60,794 nt of DNA from Deltaproteobacteria bacterium (GCA_034670305.1 JAXMNT010000045.1:1-60794); one strand, 5' to 3'; shown: positions 9,437 to 19,961, numbered from the stretch's first letter. Notes: generated by a model from the sequence alone, not told the origin. Numbers and translations: made by a program.

Positions 9437-10075
9437 TCAGGTCGATCGCGCCCTCAAACCTTCTAGAAAAAGCGTGGCGAACTGCACCGATGCTTTGCGC
9501 AGCTGCGCGGGCTGGGGCGCCTGATCAGGCGTACCGAGCGCCCAGGTCACCGTCAGTCCATCGAGCGCGCCCCAGAGGGCGCGGGCCGCGACTCGGGGCG
9601 ACACATCCGAACGCAGCACCCCCTCGCGCTGACCGTCGGCGATGACGCCCGCGATGAGCTCGAGGTACTGAGTGAAGAGCGGCGCGGCGTACTGCTTGAG
9701 GAGGCGGGAAGACTGCCGGAGGTTGACGGTCACCACCTCGGCGAGATCGCGTTGGTCTTCGAGCAGGCCGAGCTGCATCTCGATGATGGTCCGGATGCGT
9801 TCTTCCACCGGGATCGGGCGGGCGGCGATCTCACCGAGGATCTCGATCAGCGCACCGATCCGGTCCTGGAAGATCGAGATGAGAACGTCGTCCTTGTTCT
9901 CGAAGTACAGGTAGATGGTGCCGTCGGCGACACCGGCTTCCTTCGCGATCTCGCTCACGCGGGTCGCGTAGAAACCGTTCTTCGCGAACACGCGGGTGGC
10001 GGCACGCAGGATGCGCTCCCGCTTGTCCGCGCTCGCGCCTTTGCGCTTCTTCTTCGGTTTGGCCGTCTCGCTCAC
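9437..10075 (-). CDS. TetR family regulator (FadR/YsiA-like)
   Basis: HTH IAKEAGVADGTIYLYFENKDD; directly upstream of etfBA. Confidence 0.92.
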   Translation of the reverse strand: MSETAKPKKKRKGASADKRERILRAATRVFAKNGFYATRVSEIAKEAGVADGTIYLYFENKDDVLISIFQDRIGALIEILGEIAARPIPVEERIRTIIEMQLGLLEDQRDLAEVVTVNLRQSSRLLKQYAAPLFTQYLELIAGVIADGQREGVLRSDVSPRVAARALWGALDGLTVTWALGTPDQAPQPAQLRKASVQFATLFLEGLRARST

Positions 10076-10116
10076 TGAATGGTGATTCAGCTACACGCTT
10101 CGCCCGGTTTGGTCAA
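10075..10116 (-). promoter_or_regulatory. TetR promoter and autoregulatory operator
   Basis: TTGACC-N17-TAGCTG overlapping the palindrome CTGAAT-CACC-ATTCAG that abuts the GTG start. Confidence 0.65.
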
Positions 10117-10195
10117 CCCGGTCGGAGCCAGGCACCGATGATGCCGGAAGATGTCGAGTCCGGTGCTAGGCTCGCCAGGGTTCAAGGAGCGCAAG

Positions 10196-12118
10196 ATGCG
10201 GAGCGTAGTGTTGTCGTTGGGAACCGCGATCGTGGTCGTGGTGTGCGGGTGTTCGGGGACCGAAGGAGATCCCGACGGCGGAGATGCTGCCCTTCGTTGC
10301 GGGCGGGAGTGCGACGATGGGCTCTATTGCAACGGAGCCGAGCGCTGTGCGCCGACCGAACCGAGCGCAGACGATGACGGATGTGTCGCCGGAGCGGTGC
10401 CCTGCGAGGACTGCGACGAAGCGATGTTGTGCGGGGACGAGTGCCCCGACGCGGACGGCGATGGCGCTCGAGACAGCCGCTGTGGCGGGGACGACTGCGA
10501 CGATGCGGACCCCGATCGGTTCCCAGGCAACGCGGAGGTCTGCGACGACGGACACGACGAGGATTGCGATCCCACGACCGTGGGTCCAGACGCCGACCGG
10601 GACGGCTTCGCGCAGGTGCGATGCTGCAACGGCTCCGTCTGCGGCGACGATTGCGACGACGCCAACGCTGGAATCAACCCAGCTGCGGCGGATGGCTGCG
10701 GCGCGGGCGACGAAGACTGCGACGGAACCCTCGATGAGGAACCGGACAGCGTCTACTTCCGAGACGCCGACAACGACACCTACGGCACCGAGGACGAGAC
10801 CCTGCGGTCCTGTGCCTTGCCACGAGGCTACGCGGCCCGTGCCGGAGACTGCAGCGACGATCCCTTCATGGACGACATGGCGAACGAGATCCACGAAGGG
10901 GCAACCGAAGTCTGCGACGAACGGGACAACGACTGCGATGGAACCGTGGACGAACGCGCCGATGGGGAACCGTGCGGCTGCACCGACGCTGGTTCCGAAC
11001 GCGCATGTGGTCTGATGGACCCGACGCTCGATGGTGTCGGAGACTGCCGGCTGGGCATCCAGACGTGCAGCGACGAAGGGAACTGGTCCACATGCGTCGG
11101 GGGCGTGGCTCCCGCGGACGAAGCCTGCTCCGGTGGCGACGAAGACTGCGATGGTCGCGTCGACGAATCCGGGGCGACGGGCAGCGTGACCTACTACGCA
11201 GACGAGGACGAAGATGGGTTCGGATGTGGAGACGTTTGTGAGGGCGGGGCGCGCTCCCGGCTCTACTGTCCTGGCGATGCGCCAGCCCGGTGGACCCTCG
11301 ACCCGACCGACTGCAACGACAACACCGACGCGATCGGTGACCCTGGGACCGGGTCGTGCCTGGGCACCCACATGGCGACCCGCTCTCCATACCGTGCGTG
11401 CTGCGAATCGTGCTGCTGCACGGAGCCTTGGTACTCATCGACTCAGCGGGGCACCTGTCTCGCTGGCTACGACATCTCCGCGTGCAGCCGGGCTCCTGGC
11501 GAAACAGATTGCACCATCGAAGAAGTCGATGCGGTCTCATGCACCGTTTCCCTCGCGACATGCTGCACGGGGGGACCCGGGTGCGGTCGTGGATGCGATC
11601 TCGACCTGGTCTGCACACCGACCGACACCCGCCTGGGCGTTCTGATCTCAGAGTATGTCGAAGGGTCGAGTCGCAACAAAGCGATCGAGTTGGCGAACCG
11701 CGGGTTCGACGTGGAGTCGCTCGACGGGTGCGAACTCATCTTGCACGCGAATGGCGGCATGGACAGCGGCGCGGTCGAGCTCTCGGGCACGATCGTGCCA
11801 GGTGCCACCTTGGTCTTGTGCCACCCCTCCTTCGACGAACCCGAACGGTGCGATGTGTTGAATACAGACATCAACCACAACGGAGACGACGCCTACGCTC
11901 TGGTCTGCGATGATCGCATCGTGGACACCTTCGGCCGGGTCGGCGAGGACCCTGGCGAGGAGTGGACCGGGGGCGGAGTGGGGACGGTCGACCTCACGCT
12001 GCGCCGAGAGTGCCGAATCACGGAGGGTGACCACAACGGCAGCGATGCGTTCAACCCATCGGCGTCGTACGACGCCGAGCCCATCGACACATTCGAGGGA
12101 CTTGGCAGCGATTGCTGA
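10196..12118 (+). CDS. Cys/Asp-rich lipoprotein with putative metal-binding (MopE-like) repeats and a C-terminal lamin-tail domain
   Basis: AAGGAG RBS; lipobox-like VCGC; repeats DCDD...PGxxEVCD...DxDCDG; LTD start VLISEYVEGSSRNKAIEL. Confidence 0.8.
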   Translation: MRSVVLSLGTAIVVVVCGCSGTEGDPDGGDAALRCGRECDDGLYCNGAERCAPTEPSADDDGCVAGAVPCEDCDEAMLCGDECPDADGDGARDSRCGGDDCDDADPDRFPGNAEVCDDGHDEDCDPTTVGPDADRDGFAQVRCCNGSVCGDDCDDANAGINPAAADGCGAGDEDCDGTLDEEPDSVYFRDADNDTYGTEDETLRSCALPRGYAARAGDCSDDPFMDDMANEIHEGATEVCDERDNDCDGTVDERADGEPCGCTDAGSERACGLMDPTLDGVGDCRLGIQTCSDEGNWSTCVGGVAPADEACSGGDEDCDGRVDESGATGSVTYYADEDEDGFGCGDVCEGGARSRLYCPGDAPARWTLDPTDCNDNTDAIGDPGTGSCLGTHMATRSPYRACCESCCCTEPWYSSTQRGTCLAGYDISACSRAPGETDCTIEEVDAVSCTVSLATCCTGGPGCGRGCDLDLVCTPTDTRLGVLISEYVEGSSRNKAIELANRGFDVESLDGCELILHANGGMDSGAVELSGTIVPGATLVLCHPSFDEPERCDVLNTDINHNGDDAYALVCDDRIVDTFGRVGEDPGEEWTGGGVGTVDLTLRRECRITEGDHNGSDAFNPSASYDAEPIDTFEGLGSDC

Positions 12119-12206
12119 TGAGGCCGCTGAGTCTGGACGGCACCTTCCGTGTTCCGAGTTCCGAGCCCGAGGAAACGCCCTGCACCTGCCGAGGCCCCAA
12201 TGGCCG

Positions 12207-14354
12207 TCAGCGACGGCGACTGCGGCGCAGGGCGGCGGGGTGCTGAGGGCGGGCGATGACAAAGCTGGGTGGGGTGAGGTCACGTAGGAGCGCGGTTGCG
12301 GCGGCGGGGTCCGGGATGCGGGGCGCGCTCGATCCGAACACCGCCAGACGGATCGCAGCCTCCGAAACATCCGCGGTGCGCCAGCGCTCGCGCGTGGCTT
12401 CCCGCTCGAGATGCGGCGCGAGGTCGCCCGGCCGCCAGGCTCGCACCCGCGCGCCGAACGCATCCACGGCGGATGGCTCCAGGTCGAAGGCGAGCGCAGC
12501 CCACGTGCCCCATTCGCCGCCGCCGCCGTTGTGCCAGAGCAGTTGCCCGGCATCGCCGAGATCGTCCGCAGCCAGTCGGGCAACCGCGCGGCCGATCAGC
12601 GCCCCACCCTCGAGCCCGCGGTCGGTGCGCCATCCGACGACGATCCGCACACTCTCACGGTCCCAACTCCGCGGCACGATCGCATGCGCCGTCTCCCACT
12701 CCGCGTACGTGCTCGCGCCGCCGCTCGGAAACGGCGACAACGCTGCCGCTGCCGCACCCGCCATGACCGGCAGCGCGCCCTCCCCGACCACCGCCAAGCG
12801 AAGCCGGGCCCCGGTTCGCAACGCAGGCAGCACAAGCGCCGGCGCGCGCGCGTCGGCGACGGCGGCACTGGTCCCTTCCGGTGCGATCCGAGAGGTCGCA
12901 CCGGGTGCGAGCGCTTCGGCGATCCACCCGCGGGCGGCGTGGCGCCGCAGCGCGTGGGCCAGGGGGAGTGCGTCTACCGCAGGGCTCTCGTGAAGCAGGC
13001 ACCGAACCACCCGCGCCATCGCGGCCCTCCAAGGGCCACGCGACACGAGCGTGAAGCCGTGGGGGTCGAGCCGGACGTCGACCTCGCCGCACACCGAGGC
13101 GAGCGCCCGGCCCACCACGACCGTGTCGCCGTGGGCGATCCCGCCCGTGACGACGTGGAGGGCGGCCGCTTCCGGCCCACGACGCCGCTCTACGTCGACG
13201 CGGGCACCGGTCGCCAGGGTCGCGCCCAAGCGCGTGTCACCGTCTTCCGAGAACTCCACCGCGGGCGGAGTGCGCGTCGCGGCTTGGAGTGTCTCAACGC
13301 AGGTTGTGCCGGAGGCTTCCGCGCACACCCCACCGAGCGCGAACGTGGAGACCGGAGGTCCCGAACGCCACTGGGACGCGACGATCTCCATCTCGGTGCC
13401 GACGTTCGCATCGAACGCCGTCTCCCGCTCGAGTCCAGGAGGCGCGAGCTGCGCAAGATGCCAAAGCTGTGCGGCGTGTTCCGCGGATCGTGCGCGGGCG
13501 AACAGGGTGACGCCGCCTCCATGGGGATAGAGGTGCGTGGAGTCGCACACCCCGTCCACCCAGTCCGCGAGTGCCTGGGCTTCGCCCAGGGTCGCGACCG
13601 TGCGTGCGACCGTCATCACGGTGCGCTCGCCGCTCCGCTCGATCTGGACGCGCTCCCCTTGGCGTTCGCTGGGGCCAGGCACCGATGCTCCGCGCGGTGC
13701 GTCGGCGAAGGCACTGGCGATTTGATCGCGCACGTCCTCGGGCATCGAGCCCGCCACGACGAGCAACGCGTGGGAGGTACCGAACCGCGCCATCACGGCG
13801 CCGGTCTGCGCGGCGGTCGGTTGCCCTTCGAACGGATCCGCGGCCGCACCGAACGTCCCCCGCAGCGCGAGCAAATCCGCACGCCGGATCGGATCCGCGT
13901 AGGCGCCCCGGCGGCGGTCGTCGAGCGCCGCCCGCAGTTCCGCATGGTCCGGGAGATCTCGATCCGAGATCGCGCGCACGAGCGACGCCAACATCTGCGG
14001 CAGATCTTCGGTGGTCCCGGAGGTCGACAGCTCGATGCGGTCGTGGGTGGCGCGCGCGGAGACGCCTGGACGCTCCACCGCCATCGCCGCCAGGGTGGCC
14101 GCAGCCGGTGGCTCGGCATTGCGGGTCCCGAAGTCGAGCCACAACGACGCACGCACCAAACCGCCGCTCGGACGCTCCAGCAAGAGTACGTCCAGATCAC
14201 GGACACGCTCCGGAGCGACGGAGGTCGTCGAGGTCTCGATGGGCCGAGCGCTGGTGGTGCGCGGACCGCAGCCAGCGACCGCGAGCGCCAACACCAACCA
14301 TGCACGCGCGCTGGTCTGGAACGACGACGCTGCCGTTCGAGCCGCGGACCTCAC
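12207..14354 (-). CDS. Degenerate M16 (insulinase)-like lipoprotein, probably non-catalytic
   Basis: GTG overlaps the plsY stop (GTGA); lipobox VAGC; VRASLWLDFGTRNAEPPAAATLAAM resembles the M16 N-terminus without HxxEH; LLVVAG and LAVVG motifs. Confidence 0.55.
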   Translation of the reverse strand: MRSAARTAASSFQTSARAWLVLALAVAGCGPRTTSARPIETSTTSVAPERVRDLDVLLLERPSGGLVRASLWLDFGTRNAEPPAAATLAAMAVERPGVSARATHDRIELSTSGTTEDLPQMLASLVRAISDRDLPDHAELRAALDDRRRGAYADPIRRADLLALRGTFGAAADPFEGQPTAAQTGAVMARFGTSHALLVVAGSMPEDVRDQIASAFADAPRGASVPGPSERQGERVQIERSGERTVMTVARTVATLGEAQALADWVDGVCDSTHLYPHGGGVTLFARARSAEHAAQLWHLAQLAPPGLERETAFDANVGTEMEIVASQWRSGPPVSTFALGGVCAEASGTTCVETLQAATRTPPAVEFSEDGDTRLGATLATGARVDVERRRGPEAAALHVVTGGIAHGDTVVVGRALASVCGEVDVRLDPHGFTLVSRGPWRAAMARVVRCLLHESPAVDALPLAHALRRHAARGWIAEALAPGATSRIAPEGTSAAVADARAPALVLPALRTGARLRLAVVGEGALPVMAGAAAAALSPFPSGGASTYAEWETAHAIVPRSWDRESVRIVVGWRTDRGLEGGALIGRAVARLAADDLGDAGQLLWHNGGGGEWGTWAALAFDLEPSAVDAFGARVRAWRPGDLAPHLEREATRERWRTADVSEAAIRLAVFGSSAPRIPDPAAATALLRDLTPPSFVIARPQHPAALRRSRRR

Positions 14355-15007
14355 GCCGAGCGGGGTTCTTCCCCGCGCCACAGACGTTGGATGTTGTCGG
14401 TGTGTCGCCATACTACGAGCGCGAGCAGACCCGCCGCCATTGCGCACGAGGGAGCCACGAGGGGCAGTTCTCGCACCCAAGCCGCGCCGACGCACGCCAA
14501 GAGCCCGACGAAGCTGCCGGCCAGCGACCCCACGCTCGCGCGCCCGCTCCACTTCTTGCCGATGAGATACGCCGCGATCGCGGCGACCCCCGCCCATGGC
14601 GCGAGCCCCAGCATCGCGCCGGCGCTCGTGGCCGCGGCCTTGCCACCCCGAAAGCCAAACCAGATCGGATACGCGTGGCCCACCGCGGCGGCCAGACCAA
14701 CCCCGGCCGGCCAGTACGAGGTCTCGGCGAACAGGGGGGTCTCGAACGCGGCGACCGCGGCGATGGTGGGCACCACGCCTTTGGCCAGATCGAGGAGCAG
14801 CACCTTGCGTCCGATGCCCTTGCCGAGCGCCCGGCCTACGTTCGTGGCGCCCACGTTGCCGCTCCCGATGGCGCGCAGATCGACCTTGGCGCGGCGCGCG
14901 TAGAGGAGCCCAAAACAGACGGAGCCCCCCAGATACGCCACTGCGACGAACACGGGACCGGCGATCCACGCGTGCGCGCGGACCCACGCGGCGAACTCCG
15001 TCAGCAT
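14351..15007 (-). CDS. plsY: Glycerol-3-phosphate acyltransferase PlsY
   Basis: AYLGGS, GSGNVGATNVGR, DLAKG, GHAYPIW.GFRGGKAAAT, RHTDNIQRL. Confidence 0.95.
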   Translation of the reverse strand: MLTEFAAWVRAHAWIAGPVFVAVAYLGGSVCFGLLYARRAKVDLRAIGSGNVGATNVGRALGKGIGRKVLLLDLAKGVVPTIAAVAAFETPLFAETSYWPAGVGLAAAVGHAYPIWFGFRGGKAAATSAGAMLGLAPWAGVAAIAAYLIGKKWSGRASVGSLAGSFVGLLACVGAAWVRELPLVAPSCAMAAGLLALVVWRHTDNIQRLWRGEEPRSA

Positions 15008-15179
15008 GCCCCGATGCTACTCCCGAAGAATTCTCGAAGGCCCGGGATCTGAAGAAACGCCTTGCTGGACAGGGGTTCGAGCCCGCTCGAACCTGGAATC
15101 GGATGCTCTCGGAGGAAGAAAAGATCCCAATTCGAGCCCACCCCGGGGTTCCAAAGTCTCAGACACGGGCCGCAGATGG

Positions 15180-15209
15180 TTGATCGGTGCGCGAGGCCCC
15201 GACTATCAT
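15180..15209 (+). promoter_or_regulatory. Candidate sigma70 promoter of the GltJ-like gene
   Basis: TTGATC-N18-TATCAT. Confidence 0.45.
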
Positions 15210-15264
15210 CGCGAACCGACTCGGGAAACCGTCCATTCGGCCGACTCAAAGGGACACGCCTTTC

Positions 15265-17004
15265 ATGAAGATTGTCTGCGACAACTGCGCTGCCAAGTAC
15301 TCCATTGCCGACGAAAAGGTCGCCGGCAAAGTCTTCAAGATCCGTTGCAAGAAGTGCACACACGTCATCGTGGTGCGCGGCGACGAGGTCGCACCTGCGG
15401 AGCAGGAGAGCGCCACCCAAGTCTTCGACTACGGTGGGGAGGCCGTCTGGCACGTCGTGCTCGACGGTGACCAGCAGGGTCCGTTCGCCCCCTCCCAGCT
15501 CGGTGAATTCCTCACGGATGGCCGGATGGACTGGGAAGCCTACGTCTGGCGCGAAGGCTTCGATGGCTGGCAGCCGGCGCGCGATGTGCCGGAACTGGTG
15601 GCTGCGATCACGGGAGAACCCGCACCGGCGGCCGCGGCTGCACCGGCGGCGGCAGCAGCGCCTGCGGCGGCGCAAGCGCCCGCGTCCGACCCGATGGGCG
15701 CCGACCCGTTCGGCGGCGGTGGCGCGGCCGACGGCGGTGGCATGTTCGACGGTGGTGGGGCCGACCCGTTCGCGGGTGGCGGAGACGCCGGCGCGGACCT
15801 CTTTGCAGCGGCCGACCCAGCGGCGAGTCCGTTTGGCGGTGGCGTGGACGACGACGTCGTCGCGTCCGCACCGAGCCCGCGCATGTCGGAAGAAGAAGCC
15901 TCGATGACGGGCCAGCGGAACGAGAACTCCGTGCTCTTCTCACTCTCGAACCTCCAGGCGCTCGCCACGGGCGGCGGCGGCGGTGGCGGTTCCGAAGCAC
16001 CCGCGGGCCCAGCCCCGGGCGCGGCACCGCTTCCCGGTCATGCGAGTGGAGAAGGCTCCGGCCTCATCGACATCCGAGCGCTCGCCAGTGCGACCGCTTC
16101 GACCGGCGGTTTGGGTGGCGGCGGCAGCAGCGGCAACAGCGATGCGCCGTCGGACGACCTGCTTTCGATCGGCATCGGTGCCACCAGCTCGCTCGGCAGC
16201 TCGCTCGGTGCGCCCGTCTTGGCCCCGGCCGCCGTCGAACCGGAGAAGTCCAACAAGGGCATGATGATCGGCCTCGGCGTCGCAGGCGTCTTGGTGGCGG
16301 GGCTCGTTGCCGCCCTGATCGTGGTGATGATGCAGAAGCCGGAGCCGGTGGTTCAGGCGATGAACGCACCGACGACGGCGGGCACAGAAGCCGGCGGCAC
16401 GACAGGCGTCGCCGCCACCGAAGCGGCGACGATCATGGGCGCGGACCCCGTGACGAGCGCGATGGAAGCCGCCGAGGCCGCGACCGACACCGATGAAGAC
16501 GTCGACGAAGAAGAGGGTTCGACGGGCTCGACCGGCGGGTCGCGCATGCGGCGTCGCCCGCGCTCCGGCGGCGATTCGTCGGCGATGGAGACGAGCTCCG
16601 GCATGTCCTCTTCTTCCTCGCCTCCGGCGATGGCGGCTTCGATGGTCAACGCCAACGGCAGCCTGGACGACCTGCTCAACTCGGCCCTCAACGGGATGAG
16701 CTCCTCGATGATGTCCTCGGCGCCCGCGATGGCCGCGAGCAACCTCCCGCCCCAGCCGTCGCGAGACGATGTGGGTCGGGCACTGCGCGGCATCACCCCC
16801 CGCGTCACCGCCTGCGGTGGTGGCACGGCGGGCGTCGCGAACGCCGCGATCACCTTCGCGAACTCCGGCCGCGTCCGAAGCGTCCGAGTCACGGGCGTGC
16901 CTCCCGCGGTTCAGAGCTGTGTCGCCCGCACCGTCCGCGGTGCCCGGGTCTCCCCGTTCTCCCGAGACAGCTTCAACGTGAACTTCCCGTTCCGCGTCCG
17001 CTAG
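15265..17004 (+). CDS. GltJ/AgmX-like gliding motility protein (zinc ribbon, GYF_2, TM, TonB-C-like)
   Basis: [44 protein letters not shown]...[21 protein letters not shown] and [10 protein letters not shown] linker motifs; C-terminal C...C...VNFPF. Confidence 0.8.
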   Translation: MKIVCDNCAAKYSIADEKVAGKVFKIRCKKCTHVIVVRGDEVAPAEQESATQVFDYGGEAVWHVVLDGDQQGPFAPSQLGEFLTDGRMDWEAYVWREGFDGWQPARDVPELVAAITGEPAPAAAAAPAAAAAPAAAQAPASDPMGADPFGGGGAADGGGMFDGGGADPFAGGGDAGADLFAAADPAASPFGGGVDDDVVASAPSPRMSEEEASMTGQRNENSVLFSLSNLQALATGGGGGGGSEAPAGPAPGAAPLPGHASGEGSGLIDIRALASATASTGGLGGGGSSGNSDAPSDDLLSIGIGATSSLGSSLGAPVLAPAAVEPEKSNKGMMIGLGVAGVLVAGLVAALIVVMMQKPEPVVQAMNAPTTAGTEAGGTTGVAATEAATIMGADPVTSAMEAAEAATDTDEDVDEEEGSTGSTGGSRMRRRPRSGGDSSAMETSSGMSSSSSPPAMAASMVNANGSLDDLLNSALNGMSSSMMSSAPAMAASNLPPQPSRDDVGRALRGITPRVTACGGGTAGVANAAITFANSGRVRSVRVTGVPPAVQSCVARTVRGARVSPFSRDSFNVNFPFRVR

Positions 17005-17024
17005 AGAAACGCCACTTCGAGAAG

Positions 17025-17055
17025 AAGGCCGAGCCCATCTGGGTTCGGCCTTTTT
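17025..17055 (+). terminator. Intrinsic terminator
   Basis: AAGGCCGAGCCC-ATCT-GGGTTCGGCC-TTTTT. Confidence 0.85.
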
Positions 17056-17069
17056 CGTTCCGTCAGCGC

Positions 17070-17285
17070 GCTTCGGCTTCGGCGTCGGCTTCCCCGCGTC
17101 GGCTTCGGCGTCGGCTTCGGTGTCGACGTCGGCATCGGCATCGGCTTCGGCTTCGGCTTCGGCTTCGGCGTCGGCGTCGGCGTCGGGGTCGACGTCGTCG
17201 ACTTCGGTTTCGGCTTCGGGGTCGGCTTCGGGGTCGGCTTCGGGGTCGGCTTCGGGGTCGGCCTCGGTGTCGGCCTCAGCTTCAG
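17070..17285. repeat. Intergenic degenerate hexamer microsatellite (TCGGCT/TCGGCG/TCGGGG)n
   Basis: About 35 imperfect hexamer units between convergent genes. Confidence 0.9.
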
Positions 17286-17304
17286 AGAGACAAGGCCCTC
17301 GCGC

Positions 17305-18036
17305 TCAGCGTCTCCGCCGCGCCACCGCCCACCACGCCAGCCCCGCGAGCACGACCGCCAGCCCACCCCCAGCGTACGCCAAGACCCGCTGCGTGTCGGT
17401 CATGCCAGGGAGCAAGAACTGGGCGGTCAGCGCATCGGGCACGGACTCTCGACCGTAGGCGAAGCGTTCGACGATCTCGGTCGGCGTCTCATTGGGGCCG
17501 GAGGCGAGCACTTCGCAGGTCGGCTGGGCGGTGAACGCGACATCGGTTCGGTCGAAGGCTTCGACCCGCATGCGATCGCGCATCGTGACGGTGTGCTCAC
17601 CGCCATCGAGCGGAATGTGCGCCACCATCTCCACCGCGCCAGGCACCGACTGGATGGGCCCGATCGGGTCGAAATACGCCTCGCCCCACTCGGGCACGAA
17701 CGCGGCACCATCGACCTCGAGCGGCACGTCCTCCACGAGTCCGGCGCCCCACTCGGCCATGTACGCATCGGCTTCGGCACTGGTGACGGTTCCATCGGAG
17801 TCCGCGTCGGCAGCGGCCATCACGCGGGCCGTTTCTTCGCCGCCCAGCGTCAGGGAGACGACGACCCGCACGCCGCCCGGTTCCGCGTCGAGCTTCAAAT
17901 AGCGCTCGGCGCGCAGCACGACGTGGCCGAGGTGCGCGCGGGCGATGGGGGTCACGCAGAGCGATGCGAGGACCGCCGCGAGCACCAGGCGTTTGTTGTC
18001 CGAGGGGAACTTCGCTTCGCGCAAAGCGCTGCGCAC
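17305..18036 (-). CDS. Exported membrane-anchored protein with N-terminal His motif and EF-hand-like loop (DUF1007-like, possible metal binding)
   Basis: Signal ending [19 protein letters not shown] loop; C-terminal TM plus RRRR; start uncertain. Confidence 0.6.
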   Translation of the reverse strand: MRSALREAKFPSDNKRLVLAAVLASLCVTPIARAHLGHVVLRAERYLKLDAEPGGVRVVVSLTLGGEETARVMAAADADSDGTVTSAEADAYMAEWGAGLVEDVPLEVDGAAFVPEWGEAYFDPIGPIQSVPGAVEMVAHIPLDGGEHTVTMRDRMRVEAFDRTDVAFTAQPTCEVLASGPNETPTEIVERFAYGRESVPDALTAQFLLPGMTDTQRVLAYAGGGLAVVLAGLAWWAVARRRR

Positions 18037-18042
18037 TCTGAC

Positions 18043-18072
18043 GGTCTTGAGCGCTTGACAGCGCTCAAGACC
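18043..18072. repeat. Perfect 13-bp hairpin (REP-like or terminator)
   Basis: GGTCTTGAGCGCT-TGAC-AGCGCTCAAGACC downstream of pepA. Confidence 0.6.
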
Positions 18073-18227
18073 TTGGGGGCGAAGCCATCCCTGCGACGGC
18101 TCGTTCCCATCGCGGGGCTTCTCGTCGTGGCGTCCAACGAACAACGCCCCGCGCGGTCCAGAAAGACCGCCGAGGCGCTGCGAACCGTTCGGCGCTCCGC
18201 TCGACGCGTGCTCACCGACGGGCTGGG

Positions 18228-19727
18228 TCACTCGGGTGCGGGTGCGGCCGAGAGCTGCTCGAGGAAGCTGACCCCGGTGGCGACGCCGAATCCGGTGCCG
18301 CCCTTCGGTGCGCGTCCGTGGCTCGAGTCGTTGAACGCCGGGCCCGCGATGTCGCAGTGGATCCAGGGCACCTTGCCGACGAACTCTTGCAGGAAGAGCC
18401 CAGCGGTGATCGATCCGCCGTAGGACGAACCGGTGTGCTTCAAGTCGGCGATCGGGCTCTCCAGCGTGCTGCGGAGATCCTTGTCGAGGGGCATGCGCCA
18501 GTAGCGCTCGTCCGCTTCGCCTGCCGCCTGCGAGTAGCCCGAGGCGAGCTCTTCGTCGTCGGTGTAGAACGCGGCGCGGTGGGCGCCGAGCGCGACCATG
18601 CAGGCACCGGTGAGGGTCGCGTGGTCGATCATCACGTCGGGCGTGAGGTTGTCACGGGTCCACGCCAGCACGTCGGCCAGCACGAGCCGACCTTCGGCGT
18701 CGGTGTTGATGATCTCGACCGTCTTGCCATCGAGCGACGTGAAGACGTCGCCCGGACGGTAGGCCGCGGCGCCGGTCATGTTCTCGGTGGAGCCGATGAT
18801 GGCGTCGACCGCGACGGGAAGTTTCAGTCGAGCGGCCGCGAGCACGATGCCGAGTGTCGTTGCTGCGCCGGCCATGTCGCACTTCATGTCGATCATCGAC
18901 TTCGGCGGCTTGATGCAGAGGCCGCCTGAGTCGAACGTGAGTCCCTTGCCGACAAACGCGACCTTCTTCCAGCCACCCTTCGGCGCCGGTCCCTCGGGCA
19001 CGTACGAGATGTGGATGAAGCGCGGCTCGAGAGCGCTGCCGCGGTTCACCGCCAAGAAGAGCCGCATCCCGGCTTTCTCGATCTGCTTCTTGCCCCAGAT
19101 GGTCACCTTGAGGCCGAGCTTCTCGGCTTCGGTCTTCGCGATTTCGGCGAGGGTGATGGGGTTGAGGTCGTTGGGCGGGCCGTTGACGAGATCACGCGCG
19201 AGCGCGATCGAGTCGGCCAGCGCCTGGCCCGCCTTGAGGGCGTCGCGAAGCGCAGCGTCTTTGGGGTCGCCCACGAGGAGCAAGGCTTTGGACAAGCCGC
19301 CCTTCGGTTTGCGGCTGCCGGTCTTGTAGTCGCTGTAGCGGTAGGTCCCGAGCATCGTCGCTTCGGTCGCCGCGCGCACCGTGTCCGCACTGATGGCAGA
19401 AAGCACGATGGCAGCACTCTTTTGGCGGGTGGAAGCTTTGGCGGCGGCGTGACCGAGGGCACGCGCTGCGTCCACGTCGGAGAGGCCCTTGATGCCGACG
19501 ACGACGACCCACTTGGCTTTCACCCGGCCGCGCGCCGGGATTTTCACGGTCCGGCCGCGCTTTCCGGCGAAGCCCTCGTCTTTGAAGACCGCTTCGAGCA
19601 CGCCCCCGAGTGCTTTGTCGAGTTTGGCCAACTCCGGGTCTTTGGCCGTTTTGTTGGTGCTCGTTCCGACCACCAGCAGGTCGGTTTCGGTGGCGATGGC
19701 TTTGTCGGCCGACAGCGTGACTCTCAT
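18228..19727 (-). CDS. pepA: Leucyl aminopeptidase (M17)
   Basis: VGKGLTFDSGG, MKCDMAGAA, NTDAEGRL, ATLTGA; GGAGG RBS before ATG 19727. Confidence 0.96.
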   Translation of the reverse strand: MRVTLSADKAIATETDLLVVGTSTNKTAKDPELAKLDKALGGVLEAVFKDEGFAGKRGRTVKIPARGRVKAKWVVVVGIKGLSDVDAARALGHAAAKASTRQKSAAIVLSAISADTVRAATEATMLGTYRYSDYKTGSRKPKGGLSKALLLVGDPKDAALRDALKAGQALADSIALARDLVNGPPNDLNPITLAEIAKTEAEKLGLKVTIWGKKQIEKAGMRLFLAVNRGSALEPRFIHISYVPEGPAPKGGWKKVAFVGKGLTFDSGGLCIKPPKSMIDMKCDMAGAATTLGIVLAAARLKLPVAVDAIIGSTENMTGAAAYRPGDVFTSLDGKTVEIINTDAEGRLVLADVLAWTRDNLTPDVMIDHATLTGACMVALGAHRAAFYTDDEELASGYSQAAGEADERYWRMPLDKDLRSTLESPIADLKHTGSSYGGSITAGLFLQEFVGKVPWIHCDIAGPAFNDSSHGRAPKGGTGFGVATGVSFLEQLSAAPAPE

Positions 19728-19961
19728 GTTCCTCCGTGACGCTTCACCCACCCCAGTAGGCGATAACGCGCGGCGACCTTGGCACCCTTTGTCTGGGATC
19801 TCAAGCGCGACACCGTTCGCGCAGGGTCTGCGAGCCCACGCCTGAAGCGGACACGACCCTCCATGGTCCGCGATCGCGGCGAGCGGCGGACCGACAGGGG
19901 CCTGGCCGCCAATCCGCCAACGCAGCTTCGGCAACCTCCTGAAATCACACGGGTGCAGGCC

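Noticed and set aside
14355-14987. N-terminal 211 aa of ORF 12207-14987
   Set aside because: Alternative frame over plsY; the lipoprotein signal begins after GTG 14354
17001-17458. PK/PT- and SA-repeat small ORFs
   Set aside because: Products of the intergenic microsatellite that overlap a terminator or the neighbouring gene
18057-18227. 6S RNA or a known riboswitch
   Set aside because: Structured, but I could not identify the conserved motifs of any known family
19779-19797. sigma54 promoter at TTGGCACCCTTTG
   Set aside because: No GC at the -12 position (GG-N10-GC spacing fails)
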